Virus record (IMG/VR): IMGVR_UViG_2671180695_000017
Reading direction: 5' to 3' (one strand)
DNA length: 8,231 nucleotides
Origin: a virus
Lineage: Duplodnaviria > Heunggongvirae > Uroviricota > Caudoviricetes
Part shown: positions 6,481 through 8,231 of the stretch, one piece after another
How the letters are laid out: each line of letters starts with the position of its first letter
Numbering within the stretch: the stretch's first letter is position 1
Translations under genes and position numbers: made by a program
Notes under the pieces: generated by a model
Database searches by the model: none
What the model was told of the DNA's origin: nothing
The model's input: only the letters and a program-made list of their open reading frames with translations

Positions 6481-6560
6481 CCGCCATTAGCTTATCAGGA
6501 AGAGCAGACGACACGATAACAGGGTTGTTGGTGCGGGGGCGGGTCCCCGATGGCGGTCCA
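6481..6560 (+). pseudogene. Degenerate tRNA-like element between the two tRNAs (possible decayed argN-type tRNA)
   Basis: A 7-bp acceptor-like stem (CCGCCAT 6481-6487 pairing with ATGGCGG 6550-6556) followed by TCCA, a plausible D-arm (GCTT-ATCAGGAA-GAGC) and a 5-bp GC T-like stem (6534-6538 / 6545-6549). But the T-loop is 6 nt (GCGGGT, not TTCRANY) and I could not fold a canonical anticodon arm. Confidence 0.25.
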
Positions 6561-6573
6561 TTATCGGTATTCA

Positions 6574-6650
6574 GCGTTGTTAGCTCAGCCGGACAGAGCA
6601 ATTGCCTTCTAAGCAATCGGTCACTGGTTCGAATCCAGTACAGCGCGCCA
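6574..6650 (+). tRNA. tRNA-Arg (anticodon UCU, reads AGA/AGG); phage argO/argN-like
   Basis: Manual cloverleaf: acceptor GCGTTGT/ACAGCGC (one G-U pair), D-arm GCTC-AGCCGGACA-GAGC, anticodon stem ATTGC/GCAAT with loop CTTCTAA (TCT at 6608-6610), T-arm ACTGG-TTCGAAT-CCAGT, discriminator G plus CCA. Resembles E. coli argU. Confidence 0.85.
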
Positions 6651-6757
6651 TATTCATTCTTCCAGATTCCTTTCGGCAGAGCCTTATACTGAAATATACC
6701 TGGCTCAGGATATTGTTGAAAATATTATATGTTTGTCAAAAATAAAAGTTCTGTTAA

Positions 6758-7114
6758 GTGTTGATTGAGTGTTTGTTATACGGTCTAATGGTTTTTTCAG
6801 CATTAAATATTTATCATTCATATGGTGTGGGTAGAGTGAATATTGATGAGGCGTCGGGGTGTTTCATCCTTAGGCAGCGTATTGATATAGTCAATGCAGA
6901 ACGAGCAAAGGCCTTCAGCCGTTTGACAGTTTTGTTCTGTACTCCTGATCGTCTTTCGGGAAGAGACGTTATTATTCTGAATAGTGATGCTATACAGAGG
7001 GTTTGCGATGAGTTCATGGTTGCTAATTCAGAATTATTTGCTCTTGTTCAGGAGTACAACAGAATAGCCAGGACCTGTGGTATGGATGAACTTCGGATTA
7101 CTCATCTGGGGTAG
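6758..7114 (+). CDS. Hypothetical cargo ORF (up to 118 aa; start uncertain)
   Basis: Longest ORF in the AT-rich island. Candidate starts are GTG 6758, ATG 6788 and GTG 6836 (the last with a weak GGGTAGAG SD-like element); none has a convincing RBS. No recognisable motif. Confidence 0.3.
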   Translation: MLIECLLYGLMVFSALNIYHSYGVGRVNIDEASGCFILRQRIDIVNAERAKAFSRLTVLFCTPDRLSGRDVIILNSDAIQRVCDEFMVANSELFALVQEYNRIARTCGMDELRITHLG

Positions 7115-7194
7115 ATACATATCTGGATTATCACCTGTTACGGTAAAAAGTGATTGCTTACTGTTTTTGTGAATGGCATTGCAGCAGCCGGATA

Positions 7195-7281
7195 ATGTCA
7201 GTGCTGGCTGACGGTGTGCTGGTGGCGGGTGTGGTGGTTGCTGCTTTCCCGTTGCTGAAAAAGAAAACGCCAGACTGTTAG
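7195..7281 (+). CDS. Candidate small hydrophobic peptide ORF (28 aa) in the ORF-poor cargo spacer
   Basis: ATG 7195 to TAG 7279-7281 encodes MSVLADGVLVAGVVVAAFPLLKKKTPDC, a hydrophobic helix-length segment followed by KKK. The SD is weak (GGA 2 nt upstream), so this may be a chance ORF in GT-rich sequence. Confidence 0.15.
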   Translation: MSVLADGVLVAGVVVAAFPLLKKKTPDC

Positions 7282-7505
7282 CCGGGTATCAGTTAGCGGG
7301 AGAAATTTTTAAATACTTCACAATTCAGGCGGTTGATTGTTGTCTGGTTTGCGGGGAGTTTGTTAAAAGAAACTGGCATGGTGAATCCCCCTGTGCGGAG
7401 GGGCAATCAGCGAGTAGGTATATGGGATAATCGCGGATTCAGGTGCTGGTACTGAATTCACCGGGAGGCACCCGGCACCATGCAATGGCACATAGCGCCA
7501 CTCTC

Positions 7506-7535
7506 CAGCCCCTCTCCGGAGGGGCTGTTTATATT
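7506..7535 (+). terminator. Strong intrinsic terminator (+ strand) between the convergent cargo ORFs
   Basis: Perfect 9-bp GC-rich stem CAGCCCCTC / GAGGGGCTG (7506-7514 pairing with 7519-7527), TCCG tetraloop, followed by TTTATATTGATTTT. The opposite strand lacks a T-tract after the hairpin, so it is oriented to stop + strand transcripts. Confidence 0.55.
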
Positions 7536-7561
7536 GATTTTGTCAGATGTGAGTAAACTCC

Positions 7562-7897
7562 TTATGGACTTTGTTGTTTTAGTCCATAAGGACATATTTG
7601 CAGAGTGCAACGGTTATTAAAGCATTCATTCAATACGTTATCTGTATTTGTAGGGCATTCCTGGCTGTTTTTGATTAAATTCCAGAATGTTTTATTGAAT
7701 GGTACTACGTTGTAAATGGTTACAGGTAGCACTTTGTTATTGAGCATGATGCCTGTGTGAGTCAGTGTAAATATACTTTCAGGAGGTAAGAAAGCATCCG
7801 ATTGATACCAGATTATTAATTTTATTTTACTCCATATGACTGAAAAAGATATTCCGCATGATGGCTGGATAACTGTATCAATCACAATCCACTTCAT
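7562..7897 (-). CDS. Hypothetical cargo protein (111 aa) with C-terminal cysteine cluster, encoded antisense to the late operon
   Basis: ATG (7895-7897 on the minus strand) preceded by AAGGA with a 5-nt spacer. C-terminal C-x10-C-x4-C-x4-C pattern ([23 protein letters not shown]). The last 9 codons and the TAA stop lie inside a perfect 10-bp hairpin (7561-7590). About 33% GC. Confidence 0.45.
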   Translation of the reverse strand: MKWIVIDTVIQPSCGISFSVIWSKIKLIIWYQSDAFLPPESIFTLTHTGIMLNNKVLPVTIYNVVPFNKTFWNLIKNSQECPTNTDNVLNECFNNRCTLQICPYGLKQQSP

Positions 7898-8157
7898 TTA
7901 GTTTCCTTGTTTATGCCTTGCTGGTGATGTTCTGAAAAGTATAAATGATATTTTTGATTGTAAACCATAGAGCAGAATTATTTTTCTGATGTTGTTTATT
8001 GTTTATTTAAATGCAGGGTGGTTTATATCTCGTCTTGTAGTTTATCCATGCATATCTGCTTGATGATGAGGTTTTTATTTAAGGTATGGTTTTGTGTTTT
8101 TTCTGTATTACATGTCAGGTATTTTAAAGAATCATTTTTCAGATGGTGGAAAGAACC

Positions 8158-8231
8158 ATGGCATTTAAACACTATGATGTTGTCAGGGCGGCGTCGCCGT
8201 CAGATCTTGCGGAAAAGCTGACACATAAACT
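8158..8231 (+). CDS. 5' end of a gene running off the window; possibly the DUF1737-type small protein found upstream of holin genes in lambdoid prophages
   Basis: ATG at 8158 with GGTGGAAAG upstream; translation MAFKHYDVVRAASPSDLAEKLTHK in frame 1 continues to the window end. It is not in the ORF track because it is truncated. Family assignment is from recollection of N-termini of this family. Confidence 0.35.
   Translation, partial: MAFKHYDVVRAASPSDLAEKLTHK

Larger units (their letters stand above)
1..8231. mobile_element. Segment of a lambdoid prophage (nin-like region, rusA, Q-like antiterminator, PR'/tR', late-operon moron cluster); lysis and structural genes expected beyond the 3' edge
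   Basis: Gene order rusA then Q-like gene then a promoter resembling lambda PR' with a terminator ~45 nt downstream; phage-type tRNA cluster; co-directional, tightly packed or overlapping genes (stop/start overlaps at 2239-2245, 3523-3528, 3903-3906); AT-rich cargo between the tRNAs and a possible DUF1737-like gene start. Context is inferred from established lambdoid architecture, not from a database search. Confidence 0.8.

Noticed and set aside
6814-7017. 67-aa minus-strand ORF inside the + strand cargo ORF
   Set aside because: No RBS upstream of its ATG and fully overlapped by the longer + ORF; kept only as an alternative if the + ORF proves non-coding.
7480-7620. About 46-codon + strand ORF starting at ATG 7480 after GGGAGG
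   Set aside because: The SD spacing is 11 nt and the frame reads straight through the intrinsic terminator hairpin and the 10-bp hairpin, so it is unlikely to be a real gene.
6651-8157. Looked for stxA/stxB, a type III toxin-antitoxin repeat array, a retron ncRNA with reverse transcriptase, or a CRISPR array in the cargo island
   Set aside because: No Shiga toxin-like reading frames, no tandem direct-repeat array, no ORF large enough for a reverse transcriptase and no repeat-spacer structure were found.
8018-8221. 67-aa + strand ORF from the track in the AT-rich region before the window end
   Set aside because: Lies in a low-complexity AT-rich promoter-like region, has no RBS, and overlaps in a different frame the better-supported start at 8158 (good SD).

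Overview
This 8.2-kb window reads as a segment of an E. coli-type lambdoid prophage, all on the + strand except one cargo gene. All family assignments are from motifs and recalled sequences, not searches. In order: (1) a nin-like region with a QueH-like (DUF208) gene, a hok/mok/sok-type type I toxin-antitoxin locus, and a YbcO-like zinc-nuclease gene broken by a 227-bp tandem duplication; (2) rusA, then a Q-like antiterminator followed immediately by a lambda-PR'-like late promoter and a tR'-like terminator; (3) a late-operon accessory cluster: small winged-helix gene, a 12-bp perfect palindrome, an orphan beta-class DPPY DNA methyltransferase, and a tRNA cluster (Ile2-type CAU, a degenerate tRNA-like element, Arg-UCU); (4) a ~1.5-kb AT-rich cargo island in the slot where Stx phages carry stxAB, holding two unrecognised convergent ORFs, an ORF-poor structured spacer and a terminator; (5) the first 24 codons of a gene that may be the DUF1737-type gene preceding lysis cassettes. 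The cargo island is the best candidate for something undescribed. No CRISPR array, integrase or stx genes are present.
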